Positions 50,426 to 60,006 of a stretch of 64,000 bases of DNA are shown here, piece after piece. A program made the translations under genes and the position numbers. The stretch is from Beijerinckiaceae bacterium (GTDB lineage: Bacteria; Pseudomonadota; Alphaproteobacteria; Rhizobiales; Beijerinckiaceae). The notes under the pieces are model-generated. The model had not been told where the DNA came from. It searched no databases and worked only from the letters and a program-made list of their open reading frames with translations. Every line of letters begins with the position of its first letter. Position 1 is the first letter of the stretch. The stretch spans positions 894 through 64,893 of the forward strand of contig JALORF010000001.1 in assembly GCA_025459195.1 (NCBI GenBank), given 5' to 3'.

Positions 50426-51765
50426 AGCGCGCCCTGCTAATGGGCGTGCTGCTGGCCGGCTGCATGGCCAAGCCGCCACCAAACGCCGCGCCGCCTCCAC
50501 CACAGGCCGCCAAGGGCGCCTTCATCGGTGCGCCGGATGCTGCGCCCGTCGCGGTCGAATGGTGGCGGCTCTATGGCGACGACGCCCTCAACGATCATGT
50601 CGCCCGCGCGCTGGCCGCCAACCGCGACCTGCGGGTGGCGCTCGCCACCCTGGATGCGGCGCGCGCCAATGCCCGGCTGGCCGGTGCCAACCGCACGCCG
50701 GACGTCATGCTGGAAAGCGGCGCCAGCCCGGCCACGCGCGCCGCAAACCAGCCGAGCACCAGCGCCGTGCCGACGTCCGGCTATGAACTCGGGCTGACGG
50801 CGGCCTGGGAAATCGATTTGTTCGGCCGGCTGCGCAATCAGTCCTCGGCTGCCAGCGCCGATGCCGAGGCGGCGGCGGCTGCCCGCGACGGCGTAAGGCT
50901 TGCGGTCGTGGCCGATACAGTGGCCGCCTATCTCGATCTGTGCTGGGCCGGCGAACTGGCCGGCATCGCCGCGAATCAGATCGAGCAGCAGCGCCGGCAG
51001 GTCGAAACCGTATCGCATCAGCTGCGGGTTGGCGAAGTGTCGCCGCTCGAACTCGCCCAGTCGCGTCAGCTGCTGGGCCGACTGGAAGCCGGCTTGCCGA
51101 TATTCGCGGCCGATGCCCAGCGTGCGCGCTATCTGCTCGCCAATCTGCAAGGCTTGCCGCCAGCCGATGCAGGGCGGTTCCAGTGTCGCCGCCCGCCAGC
51201 CATTGCCGGGTCGCTGCCGGTGGGCGATGGTCCCGGCCTGCTGGCACGGCGGCCCGACATCCGCGAGGCCGAGCGGCGGCTCGCTGCCGCCGGCGCGCGC
51301 GTGAAGGTCGCCACAGCCGAGATGTATCCGCGTGTCAGCCTCGGCGCGTCGGGCGGCCTGATCGCCGGCGCGCTGGACGCGTTCATCACCCCGCTGATCA
51401 GCTGGTCGTTCATCAACCCCGCCCGCATCAAGGCCCGGATCGCGCTGGCCAAGGCCAATCAGGAAGGCGCTCTGGCACAATATGATGCCACCTGGCTGCG
51501 AGCCTTGCGGGAGGTGGAAAGCGCCCTGGCCGATCTGGATGCCGAACGCCGCGCCAACCAGTCGCTGACGGCGGCCGTCACCGACGCCCGATCTGCCGCC
51601 CGCCGCGCGCAAGCGCGCGTCACGATCGGCGATGCGGGCCCACTGCTGGCGCTCGACGCCCGCCGCACCGCTTTTGACACCGAACTGCAGGCAGGCCTTT
51701 CGGCCCGGCGCCTTGCTCAGCGCCATGTGTTTCTCCACCGCAGCATCGGTGGCGGGTGGCAGTAG
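50422..51765 (+). CDS. RND outer-membrane lipoprotein (NodT/OprM type)
   Basis: Lipobox LAGC, WWRLYGD, WEIDLFG, RRPDIREAE, C-terminal GGGWQ. Confidence 0.92.
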   Translation: MKRALLMGVLLAGCMAKPPPNAAPPPPQAAKGAFIGAPDAAPVAVEWWRLYGDDALNDHVARALAANRDLRVALATLDAARANARLAGANRTPDVMLESGASPATRAANQPSTSAVPTSGYELGLTAAWEIDLFGRLRNQSSAASADAEAAAAARDGVRLAVVADTVAAYLDLCWAGELAGIAANQIEQQRRQVETVSHQLRVGEVSPLELAQSRQLLGRLEAGLPIFAADAQRARYLLANLQGLPPADAGRFQCRRPPAIAGSLPVGDGPGLLARRPDIREAERRLAAAGARVKVATAEMYPRVSLGASGGLIAGALDAFITPLISWSFINPARIKARIALAKANQEGALAQYDATWLRALREVESALADLDAERRANQSLTAAVTDARSAARRAQARVTIGDAGPLLALDARRTAFDTELQAGLSARRLAQRHVFLHRSIGGGWQ

Positions 51766-51832
51766 GTGCCGCGTCAAGCCGCAGGTGCCGGACGGCCCAA
51801 TCACGGAGTTGATGAACGGGCCTGCGAGAATT

Positions 51833-52018
51833 TCACCATCTTGGGCGTTGTTGACGGTCGTCGTCATCAAGCGCCTCACGCCGAACGCTGAGCTCAACGC
51901 GTCCGTCACCGATTGGAACGAGTTTGCTGTCGCTGACCGCTACGCCCTGCCGGCAGCACCAGGCGTCGGCAGCTAATCGGCTCTCGAATTCACCGATGCG
52001 ATCCCACGTAAATCCCAT
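51833..52018 (-). CDS. Small hypothetical protein downstream of the relaxase (61 aa)
   Basis: GGAGG RBS 8 nt before the ATG, 14 bp after the relaxase stop; MGFTWDRIGEFESRLAADAWC. Confidence 0.55.
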   Translation of the reverse strand: MGFTWDRIGEFESRLAADAWCCRQGVAVSDSKLVPIGDGRVELSVRREALDDDDRQQRPRW

Positions 52019-52032
52019 GTCGTCGTCCTCCC

Positions 52033-55014
52033 TCACAATCCAAAATCCAGCTGCCGTTCCGGCGGCTGCTTGACCTTGCTGTCGGCCGGTTCCGGCCGAG
52101 GTGCCGAAGAGGGTGGTGCTGACCGATCGCCGCTCCTCTCTGCGCGCTTTGCTGCCCCAATGCCGCCGCGCTCGAACCGAGGCATAGCCACCTCGCCGAT
52201 CGTTTCCAGCGCAGCAGTCTTGTCGCCGGTGTTGCGCTCGATCTGGCGGGCAATGCGGCTGCTGTCGTCGACGATCAGTTTGAGTTCGTCGCGCACGCGG
52301 GTGATATTGACCAGGAACAGCCGTTGGTTGCTGAGGTTCTTTTCGGCCGAGTCCATCACGGCGATGGCGCGATCGGCGGTCATCCCCTGCGCCATATGGG
52401 CGTTGAGCGCGTAACCGAGATCGAGCCGTTCCAGCATCGGGTCGCGAGCCGGCAGCGCTACGACCATCTTTGTGGAGGTTTCCACCGTGACCCTTTGCGC
52501 AGAGATATTCAGCACTTTGGCCCGGTCCGCATTGATCAGGCCGCGATCGCGGTCGGTGTCGGTCCATCGGATGGTGTCGCCTTCGTGCAACCGCAGCTCC
52601 TTGCGGTCGCTGATGCGCACCGTGTTCTCGTCCCGGTTGGTGGCGAGCTTCGATGGCCGGAACTTGTGATCCTGCCCTCGCTCGTCCTTCAGCGTCACTA
52701 CCCCTTTCGTTGTGTCGACCCCCGCCACCACGTATCGCCCGGCCGCGATGCCCTGGCTAGGAAGGTCGCGCTGCAGCTCGACAATGAGTTCGGGCCGGTA
52801 GCTGTGGAGATAACGCTCCTCCTCCCGCGTCGTCACCACCTTGGTCAGCACGGTCAGCTTCGCCGAATGTGCCGACAGCGTTCCTTCGTCGCGCAGACCG
52901 GCCTGGATGCCCGCGTTGAGCGCGTCACGGATGGCACGACCGGAAGCCAGCAACATCGTTGCATCTCGCTGGTCAGGCGACCGGGAAAGCCACTGCGCCA
53001 CTGCCAGCTTTACCCCTTGTCCCGGCGCATCGGCGGTGAACGGCCGCAGAGCGGCCAGCGCATCGGCCGGTCGATAATCGTTGGCCGCCGCTGCCGCCAT
53101 CATGAGCTCCGGCGCACGGGCCCGCAGGTTGACGTTCATCTTCGTGGTGTCGATGCCGGCGGCCTGCAGAAGCTCAAACGGCTTGCCGGCATCAACCGCG
53201 CCCAGCTGGCGCTTGTCGCCAACGAACGCGAGGCGCCCGACATCGAGCCGTTCAGCGAGCCGGGCGAGCAGCAGCGCCTTATCGTTGGCCATCATCGAGC
53301 TTTCATCGACAAGGATGATGCTGCCGCGGAACATGCCACGTGCCATCGCGAGCCTGTCCGCGCTGACCCGTTCGCCGAGCAGCCATTTGTGTGAGCGGAT
53401 GAACCGGTCGATGGTCATCGAAGCGATGCCGGTATCGCGCTCCAGCATCCGCACCAGCGTGTTCTGTGGCCCCAGCCCAAGCAGGTTGCGCCCTTCCGCG
53501 CGCGCCACCGAAGCCACTGCCGCAAGCGCCGAGCTTTTGCCGGCCCCTGCCACCCCCTGCACGGCCACCACCCGGTCCGGGCTGGCGAGGATCAGCCGGC
53601 CGGCGCTTTCCTGGCCGGGGTTGAGCGCAAAGCCCTGCCCTTCACGCGCGGCCTCCTGCAGGCGCTGCCCGGCTACCTGCGGGTCCGCAATCACCGGGCT
53701 CACACCGCCGCGCCCGTTGCGGGCGATCTCGAGCAGCTTCTGTTCGGTGGTGATGGCGCCCGGTGTGGTCAGCATCTCCGGTCGGCTGGTGCCGCGCACC
53801 AGCTGACCGGCGCGGATGAGGCGAGTGATGCCGCGCTCGACCTGGTCGACAGCGATCGGCAGGCCGAGATCGAGGGCCGTCTTGAGGATGCGGTTCCCGT
53901 CGAACGCTGCTTCGCGTTCGGACAGCGATCGCACTGCCGATGCGATGGCACGCGCCGCGGCGACCTCGTCCGCCGTTATTCCCAAGGTGGACTTGGGCAT
54001 CAGCGGGTCGCGCTCTTGGGTGCCGACGCGCTCAGCGATCAGCGCCACCGCACGCGCCAGTCCCTCGCGGGCGCTGCCAGCGATGCCGGTGATCACCGCC
54101 CAGACATCGCGCGCGCCTTCGGCCCGGCCACGAGCCGCCTCGACCATCTCGCGCAGGCGGCCAGCGTCGGGCCCGGCGCGCTGCTGCCATTCGGCGCGCA
54201 GGGCATCACGGTCCTCGACCTTCTCCTTGCGCACTCTTGTCTTCAGCGTCACCGCATCGCGGGTTTTGTCGTTCTGGTGGGTGAGGGTGGCGAAGGCATC
54301 GAGGATCTCCTCGCGCCGGCTAGAGAATTTCATCACCGTCTCGCGGTCGATGCCGGTGATCTCGAACTGGCCATGCTTGCCGGTCAATTCTATGGCATAG
54401 CCGAGACGCTCCACCGCTGTGCGCAGATAGGCGTGATAGATCGAGCCCAGCACGGTGCTATTCTGCCAGAGCCTGTCGTTGAGCAGCGCCCGCCACTTGC
54501 CATCGAGACCGCGCGTCGCGTTGGCGATGACGGCATGGACATGGGCCTGGGGATCCTTATTTCGGTTTGTATCGTGGCTGAACAGGGCGGCGACCAGGTT
54601 GCCAGTCTTGACTGTCACCATCTCGCCCCCGCGGTTCTGCATCCGGGTTTCCGCGAGGTTCTTCTCGGCCCAGGCGATCGTCGCTCGCGCTGCCGCCTCG
54701 TTCGCGGCCAGCAGCCGTTCGTCGCCGCCGATATAGGCAAGGAGCGAGAGGCTTTTCGGAGCCGAAAACGTCAAATCCATTCCCGGCCGGTGCTTGCCAC
54801 CCGGGCCGGGCCGCAAAACGCTGCCGTCTGGCAGCTTGCCCTCAAGCACGGCGGCAAAATCAATGAGATTTACGTTGCCACTGAGGCCAAGCTCGGCTGC
54901 TCCCTGCCCTGACCATTGGCTGGCGTCTGCGGCCGCATCGGCAGCGTAATAGTTGTCCTTTGCATAGTAGCTCGCCGCCTGGCCCGCGCTGCTTAGTGAA
55001 GCGGCGGACAACAT
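52033..55014 (-). CDS. trwC: MOB-F relaxase-helicase
   Basis: N-terminal YYAKDNYY, DLTFSAPKS, HDTNRNKDPQAHVHAV (3H motif); helicase QGVAGAGKS, VDESSM, HMAQGMT. Confidence 0.95.
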   Translation of the reverse strand: MLSAASLSSAGQAASYYAKDNYYAADAAADASQWSGQGAAELGLSGNVNLIDFAAVLEGKLPDGSVLRPGPGGKHRPGMDLTFSAPKSLSLLAYIGGDERLLAANEAAARATIAWAEKNLAETRMQNRGGEMVTVKTGNLVAALFSHDTNRNKDPQAHVHAVIANATRGLDGKWRALLNDRLWQNSTVLGSIYHAYLRTAVERLGYAIELTGKHGQFEITGIDRETVMKFSSRREEILDAFATLTHQNDKTRDAVTLKTRVRKEKVEDRDALRAEWQQRAGPDAGRLREMVEAARGRAEGARDVWAVITGIAGSAREGLARAVALIAERVGTQERDPLMPKSTLGITADEVAAARAIASAVRSLSEREAAFDGNRILKTALDLGLPIAVDQVERGITRLIRAGQLVRGTSRPEMLTTPGAITTEQKLLEIARNGRGGVSPVIADPQVAGQRLQEAAREGQGFALNPGQESAGRLILASPDRVVAVQGVAGAGKSSALAAVASVARAEGRNLLGLGPQNTLVRMLERDTGIASMTIDRFIRSHKWLLGERVSADRLAMARGMFRGSIILVDESSMMANDKALLLARLAERLDVGRLAFVGDKRQLGAVDAGKPFELLQAAGIDTTKMNVNLRARAPELMMAAAAANDYRPADALAALRPFTADAPGQGVKLAVAQWLSRSPDQRDATMLLASGRAIRDALNAGIQAGLRDEGTLSAHSAKLTVLTKVVTTREEERYLHSYRPELIVELQRDLPSQGIAAGRYVVAGVDTTKGVVTLKDERGQDHKFRPSKLATNRDENTVRISDRKELRLHEGDTIRWTDTDRDRGLINADRAKVLNISAQRVTVETSTKMVVALPARDPMLERLDLGYALNAHMAQGMTADRAIAVMDSAEKNLSNQRLFLVNITRVRDELKLIVDDSSRIARQIERNTGDKTAALETIGEVAMPRFERGGIGAAKRAERSGDRSAPPSSAPRPEPADSKVKQPPERQLDFGL

Positions 55015-55016
55015 GA

Positions 55017-57476
55017 TTACCACCCAAAGTCATCGCGACCTCTGTCGCGCGTGAAGTTCTGTCGGGCCTCGGTAAGCGTGAGATCATCGGCTTGTTCAGT
55101 TGCCGCGGGCGGTGCCGGCCCGGCAACGATATTGAGTTCGACGCCCTCGATCCGGATGGCTTTTTCCGGGAGCAGTTCGCCGGTCTCGGGATCATGGGGG
55201 ACCTCCTTCCGGCCCAGAGACGTGCCTCGCGCCGCGGCCACCCGCACCGGCTTCATTGCATCCCTCGGCGATGTTTGTTCGGCTTGGGTATTGGCAGCTA
55301 TGGGTGGTGTTTTGGGATGGGACGCGGAATCGGATGGACCTACCAGTCCGGCATCGCGCGCAACAGTGTTGAGAGCCCTATCGGCGACATTCTTGAGCTG
55401 CGCTGCAATATCGGGTTGCAACCCGCCGGCCCCCGTGGCGTTGGACCGCGGGTGCTCCGCAGCGGCACCGCTTGCAGAAGCCGCCGCATCTCCATCTGCG
55501 CCATCCGGCGTCGCAGCGCCACTACCACCGGTCGCTTCCGGGCTGCCACCTTCAGCGTCCACCAACGGCAGGAACATCGGTACCGCCACCGTCTGTTCTG
55601 CCGGTGGTGCCGGTGCTGGCGGCGTGACACCATCGGCCGGGGCAATGTCGGTTCCGGGCCGGGGCATGAACGGCGCGGCGCAGTTCCTGCGGGCCTTGAA
55701 CCTCAGCCGGATGCTGCCCGCCGGCAGGTCCTGCGGGAAAACCAGCCAGCCTTCCAGATCGCGCATCTTCATGATCTGGTCGGGCATGACCAGCGGTTCG
55801 GTCTGGCGCTTGTTGGTCAGCGTGACGGCGTCGCGGACATTGGCATAACCATAGCTCAGGCCCTGTTCCATCTGCTGCCATTCGGACTGGCCGATCTGCT
55901 GCGAACACCATTGCGCTGAGGCATAGTCGGGGGTGGCGAGGATGATCTTGGTGCGTGCCAGGCTCGCGAGCGTGTCCGCGATCTTCTCGCCATAGGTCTC
56001 ACGCAGCTTGGAGATGGTATGGACGCCCAGCAGGAAGGCACCGCCGAAGTTGCGCGCGGTCTGCATGCCCTTCTCGATCGCCGGCAGCCGGTGCAGGGCG
56101 CCGAGCTCGTCGAACAGGAACCACAGGCGGATATTGTGCGGGCTGGTTGGCAGCGCCATCATACTGTTGATGGCGGTGTCGAGCCAAAGAGTGAGGAGGA
56201 TGCGCACCGTCGGCAGATCAACATAGCGGGCGCCCACAAAGAGGATCGAACCATCTGGCTGATCTTCCTGCACCCATCGCTTGACCGAGAACGCCGCGCC
56301 TTCGGTTGGCAGCGTCTGCAACGCCGCCGCATTGGTGTTCAGGGTGGAACGGATCGATTCGGCCATGCGCGCCGCTTCGGGATCGGTCAGTGGCGCGGCG
56401 ATGGTGTTCTGGACGAGCCGGTTCACCGCCGGCAGCGCCGCGGTCATGATATAGTCATGCAGCGCCTGGTTGCTAGTCAGTCCCATCTGCTTGAGACGCA
56501 GACAGCCCTCGACCAACAGGGTGCGCGCAGCGATCACCCAGAAAGGTTCGGCAGTTCCACCGTCGTTGGGCACGAGGGCCTCGGCAGCTGCCGTGAATTC
56601 CGAACGGGTTTCGCAATCAGCAAAGATTGACCAGGCCGGACAGCGGGCATCCAACGAGTTGAGGATGATGTCGCGGCTGGGATCGTAGTAGCTCTGTATG
56701 AAGCTGCCAGTCAGGTCGAAGATCACCGCTTTGCCGTGGCGCTCACGAATCTGATCGACAAGCTCCTTGATCGCCGTGGACTTACCGGATCCGGTCGTGC
56801 CGATAGCGAAGGTGTGGGTCTGTTCACCATGCCATGGATAGGGGATACCGGCGATAGTGTAGGGCAGATAGACGTCAGCCTGGGCCAGTTCATGGCGCCG
56901 TGCGAACAGTGAATGCCAGCGCCACAAGGAGCCGAATTTCGCCTCCAGTTCCGCAGCCAGTTGGCTGTCGCCCTGGGCAGCATTGAACTCCTCGACCATC
57001 ACTTTTAGTTCTTTGCCGGAGCACAGCGATGCACCTCGTAGATGCTCCCGGCGCACGACACGCCGACCGATACGGTTGGCCGCGATGGTATAGAGCAGGC
57101 ACAGCGGCAGCCCGCCAAACAGCGTGACATAAAATGCACCCCAGATGCTGCCGGTGAACCGCTGCCAAGCGGCGATCACCGACGGGATGCTGTCGACATA
57201 GCGCACCGGTACCATGACCGTGTGGTTGCCGGCATCGAGGACGGCGACCAGCTTGTCGGGCGAAAGCCGGACATAGCCCCAGATAGCGGCATAGACCTTC
57301 ATCAGGCACCGATACCAGTCGCCCTCCCCCATGCCTGTCCACCAGTTGATGGCAAGCATGATCAGGAACAGCGCCGATAGTCCCCACATCATGGGCTTGA
57401 GGCCGGCGACGAACATCAGTCCGAAAGTCTCGAGCACCTGCGCACCGCGGGTGAAATGTCCGCGATCAGTGCGCAT
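55017..57476 (-). CDS. trwB: Type IV coupling protein (TrwB/TraD family) with a long low-complexity C-terminal tail
   Basis: Two TM helices, GTTGSGKS, LFDELGAL, EQGLSYG. Confidence 0.93.
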   Translation of the reverse strand: MRTDRGHFTRGAQVLETFGLMFVAGLKPMMWGLSALFLIMLAINWWTGMGEGDWYRCLMKVYAAIWGYVRLSPDKLVAVLDAGNHTVMVPVRYVDSIPSVIAAWQRFTGSIWGAFYVTLFGGLPLCLLYTIAANRIGRRVVRREHLRGASLCSGKELKVMVEEFNAAQGDSQLAAELEAKFGSLWRWHSLFARRHELAQADVYLPYTIAGIPYPWHGEQTHTFAIGTTGSGKSTAIKELVDQIRERHGKAVIFDLTGSFIQSYYDPSRDIILNSLDARCPAWSIFADCETRSEFTAAAEALVPNDGGTAEPFWVIAARTLLVEGCLRLKQMGLTSNQALHDYIMTAALPAVNRLVQNTIAAPLTDPEAARMAESIRSTLNTNAAALQTLPTEGAAFSVKRWVQEDQPDGSILFVGARYVDLPTVRILLTLWLDTAINSMMALPTSPHNIRLWFLFDELGALHRLPAIEKGMQTARNFGGAFLLGVHTISKLRETYGEKIADTLASLARTKIILATPDYASAQWCSQQIGQSEWQQMEQGLSYGYANVRDAVTLTNKRQTEPLVMPDQIMKMRDLEGWLVFPQDLPAGSIRLRFKARRNCAAPFMPRPGTDIAPADGVTPPAPAPPAEQTVAVPMFLPLVDAEGGSPEATGGSGAATPDGADGDAAASASGAAAEHPRSNATGAGGLQPDIAAQLKNVADRALNTVARDAGLVGPSDSASHPKTPPIAANTQAEQTSPRDAMKPVRVAAARGTSLGRKEVPHDPETGELLPEKAIRIEGVELNIVAGPAPPAATEQADDLTLTEARQNFTRDRGRDDFGW

Positions 57477-57759
57477 CGCGAGTCCTCCCAAGCCGGCGTT
57501 CCCGCGCTTCCTTGGCCGCCTCGAAAGCCGCCGGGCTGGCGCTGAACTTGAGGAGCGCATCGACACCGATGGCAATGTGCAGGACGAGCTGTTCACTGCT
57601 CATCCCCGGCACAGATCCAGCCCGGTATCGCGCCAGTTCCTGGTCAGCGAGTTCCTTCAGGATAAAGCTCACCGGCAACTTGCGCGCGAGTGCAATGCGC
57701 TGGAAATGCGCATGGACGTCAGGTTCAAGGTAGACGGTTGTTTTGCGAAGATTTCCCAT
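57466..57759 (-). CDS. Relaxosome accessory ribbon-helix-helix protein (TrwA-like position)
   Basis: RKTTVYLEPDVHAHFQRIALARKLPVSFILKELA has an RHH pattern; first gene of the transfer operon next to oriT. Confidence 0.7.
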   Translation of the reverse strand: MGNLRKTTVYLEPDVHAHFQRIALARKLPVSFILKELADQELARYRAGSVPGMSSEQLVLHIAIGVDALLKFSASPAAFEAAKEARERRLGRTRDAH

Positions 57760-57889
57760 TGCCAGCACCTCGTCGGGCACGGCACTCCGCAAACTCAGAA
57801 ATAGATTATCACAGAGCGCGCTGCCTGCAAACAGGATCGCGACGCTGATAAATCTCAAAAATGAAAACAAATGGTTAGATACATTCTGG

Positions 57890-58040
57890 GTACTACATTG
57901 CCGAAAGGGCACGATTTGCGGCGTGCCGCCGCACTCACCCTGCCGCTTTGCGCCGTCCAAAAAAGAGGCCACAATCAATATCTTGTGCAGAATTCTCCGG
58001 CAGCAAAGCTGCGTAGGGTGTGACAAATTCTGCATTCGCC
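57890..58040 (+). other. Origin of transfer (oriT), predicted nic at 58021/58022
   Basis: GCAGC-AAA-GCTGC hairpin running into TGCGTAGGGTGT, matching the F-family nic consensus TGCGTnnnGTGT; AT-rich, with further inverted repeats at 57917-57933 and 57986-57994/58026-58034. Confidence 0.75.
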
Positions 58041-58177
58041 TGCCGCTCTGATGTGCTGTGATCGCGGTGATGGGCCGGCGGGGAAATGCGTGCCGGAACC
58101 GCGCGCGCGAGGGCGCGAACGCCGCAGACCGGCCCGAGCGCCAGCGCTAAGGCGGTGCAGGGCAATGAGCTCTCAGC

Positions 58178-58204
58178 AAAAAAAGGGGAGCTTTGCAGCT
58201 CCCC
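58178..58204 (-). terminator. Intrinsic terminator
   Basis: Minus strand GGGGAGCT-GCAA-AGCTCCCC followed by T7. Confidence 0.85.
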
Positions 58205-58235
58205 TGGTGCCGTGATGACGGGTGTATGTTGAGGC

Positions 58236-58457
58236 TCAATAGAGCCCTGACATGCGGCCTGGTGCGGTGTGGCAGATGCGGTCGATGAGTGCCTGCTCCA
58301 TCGGCCCGATATCGCCTTCGTCGATGACCTCGTAGCTGCCATCATCGAGGCCGATGACGTGATTATCGAAGGCCGATGTGCGGGTGCGTTCATAGGCGCG
58401 GGCAAGGGCTGCTTCAAACGCAGCAGCGCGTGCGGTTGCGGTGATCATATTGTCCAT
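58236..58457 (-). CDS. Small hypothetical leading-region protein (73 aa)
   Basis: AAGGAG RBS, coherent acidic ORF ending just before the terminator. Confidence 0.6.
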   Translation of the reverse strand: MDNMITATARAAAFEAALARAYERTRTSAFDNHVIGLDDGSYEVIDEGDIGPMEQALIDRICHTAPGRMSGLY

Positions 58458-58504
58458 GGCGAAGCTCCTTTCCGATCGTCGCTCGTGCGACAGGGCAGCG
58501 CGGG

Positions 58505-58701
58505 ACGGAGGCGTGAGGCAGGGGTCAGGGATCGCGCCTCGGCGCGACCGCGCAGCGGCGACGGGGGAAACGATTTTTGCGGGCAGGAGCCGGGTCGCAG
58601 CACCGGCTATGCAGGAATGGAACCGAGCCCGGATCGGCCCGGTTCCTGCCCGCAAAAATGGTGGGGCCCGGTCGTCCTTGAGGCCTGCCTCACGCCTCCG
58701 T
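58505..58701. repeat. Nested long inverted repeats (Frpo/ssi-like single-strand structure)
   Basis: Perfect 18-bp IR at 58505-58522/58684-58701 enclosing a 21-bp IR with one mismatch at 58573-58593/58639-58659. Confidence 0.85.
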
Positions 58702-58917
58702 CATGCTGGGAGGCCAGCTGAAAAGGCGTGGGTTGAACAGGCCTTGTCGTCGCGCCCCAGGCGTCAGTCGCAGCGCCGCTGAACCTTCACAAGCCGGGCG
58801 CGCGCTGGCTCCACGCTGCTGCTCGCCCGTGCGCAGATCAGATACTTGCCCGTCGCAAGTTCTGGTGGCAGTCTTAGCGCTGGTCCAAAGTCCGATCCTG
58901 ATCGGAAGGGACTTTTT

Positions 58918-59253
58918 ATGCCTACACGTAAGTTCCAGGGTCTGGCAGCGCTGCTGCAGATCGATGCCGAGCGCGATGCGCTTGAGGTGCGCGCCAGGGC
59001 TGCGCGAACAGCGGCGGCATCCGAACTGGGCGACGCCGTGCTCGACGCCGTCGGGCCGGCGTTTGCGCCAAGCCAAATTGCCGAGTTGCTGCGGGCAGCC
59101 CAGCGGCTCGGGTTTACCGAAGCCATGGCGTTGATGGGCGCCGCACTGCCAGCACACAAGGACAACAACAGCCGTGACGGAACAGCCGGCAATCGCCGGA
59201 GCATAAGCGCAGAAAAACATGCCGCCACCGGAGCTGATCATGCCGCCCCTTGA
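58918..59253 (+). CDS. Small helical plasmid protein (DUF6437-like)
   Basis: ALLQIDAERDALE..AAASELGDAVL..SQIAELLRAAQRLG; GGAAGGGA upstream. Family assignment from memory. Confidence 0.55.
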   Translation: MPTRKFQGLAALLQIDAERDALEVRARAARTAAASELGDAVLDAVGPAFAPSQIAELLRAAQRLGFTEAMALMGAALPAHKDNNSRDGTAGNRRSISAEKHAATGADHAAP

Positions 59254-59479
59254 GCGCGGCGACATGGTCACGCTTCGGTTCGGGGATGTGCTCGCCGATC
59301 CAGCCGCAAGCGACTGGCTCAAGGCCGCGCTGGCGGCCGCCGTGGCGCGCGATCCGGTCGATGCGGCGCATGATGCCAGCGTTCTCCATGATCTTCTCGA
59401 TGCGCGCTGTGCGCAGCTGCTGGCGCTGGATCAGGGCAATGCAGACCAGCCTTCCCTGCCTTTCAGCAGCGCAGTCTGA
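59240..59479 (+). CDS. Small conserved-looking hypothetical protein
   Basis: DVLADPAASDWLKAALAAAVARDPVDAAHDASVL; overlaps the upstream ORF end. Confidence 0.6.
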   Translation: MPPLERGDMVTLRFGDVLADPAASDWLKAALAAAVARDPVDAAHDASVLHDLLDARCAQLLALDQGNADQPSLPFSSAV

Positions 59480-59637
59480 CGAGCATATGATTGCGTAGAA
59501 CATCGGCCCGCGCACCCCTTCGGCGGGCGATGCGAAGGATGATCGGGGAGAAGGAAACCGGGCCGCGCCTCAGCGCGTGGCGGTTGATTCGAACCGCGGA
59601 GTTGCGCGAGTGCGCGGAGATATTGAGCCGTGTCGCA

Positions 59638-60003
59638 TCAGCTTGCAGGCGGGGCGATGTGATCCAGCCGCTGCTCGAGCCTGGTCCCAACCATCATCCA
59701 GCGCTGTGGCGCGATGGCGCGGGCCCAGTCGGTGAAGCTGGGGATATGGCCCAGATCCTCGCGGACATGGTCCTCGCCGATCAGGCGGACAGGGACGGCG
59801 CGGCCATCGCTGTTCGTGATAGTCGTGCCGAATACCGCCTCAGCCAAAAAAATGCCTTCGGCATGGTGGCGCAGTGCCCGGTGTCGGAAGTCGGCGTGAT
59901 GGGCCTTGGACTCATCAAACCAGTCGTGGATCGGCTGATAGTCGGCGGCAACACCGCCATAGCGGCGTACGCTGGCCAGCGCATGGTGATAGCAGTGGGC
60001 CAT
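59638..60003 (-). CDS. DUF6915-like His-rich protein
   Basis: MAHCYHHALASVRRYGG..IHDWFDESK..RHRALRHHAEGIF..GEDHVREDLG. Confidence 0.8.
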   Translation of the reverse strand: MAHCYHHALASVRRYGGVAADYQPIHDWFDESKAHHADFRHRALRHHAEGIFLAEAVFGTTITNSDGRAVPVRLIGEDHVREDLGHIPSFTDWARAIAPQRWMMVGTRLEQRLDHIAPPAS

Positions 60004-60006
60004 GGC

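Noticed and set aside
47204-50503. 1099-aa minus-strand ORF
   Set aside because: Antisense shadow of the RND-3 permease; no motifs; typical of high-GC codon bias.
52033-57759. Self-transmissible conjugation system
   Set aside because: Only relaxase, coupling protein, accessory protein and oriT are present; no Mpf/T4SS genes in this window.
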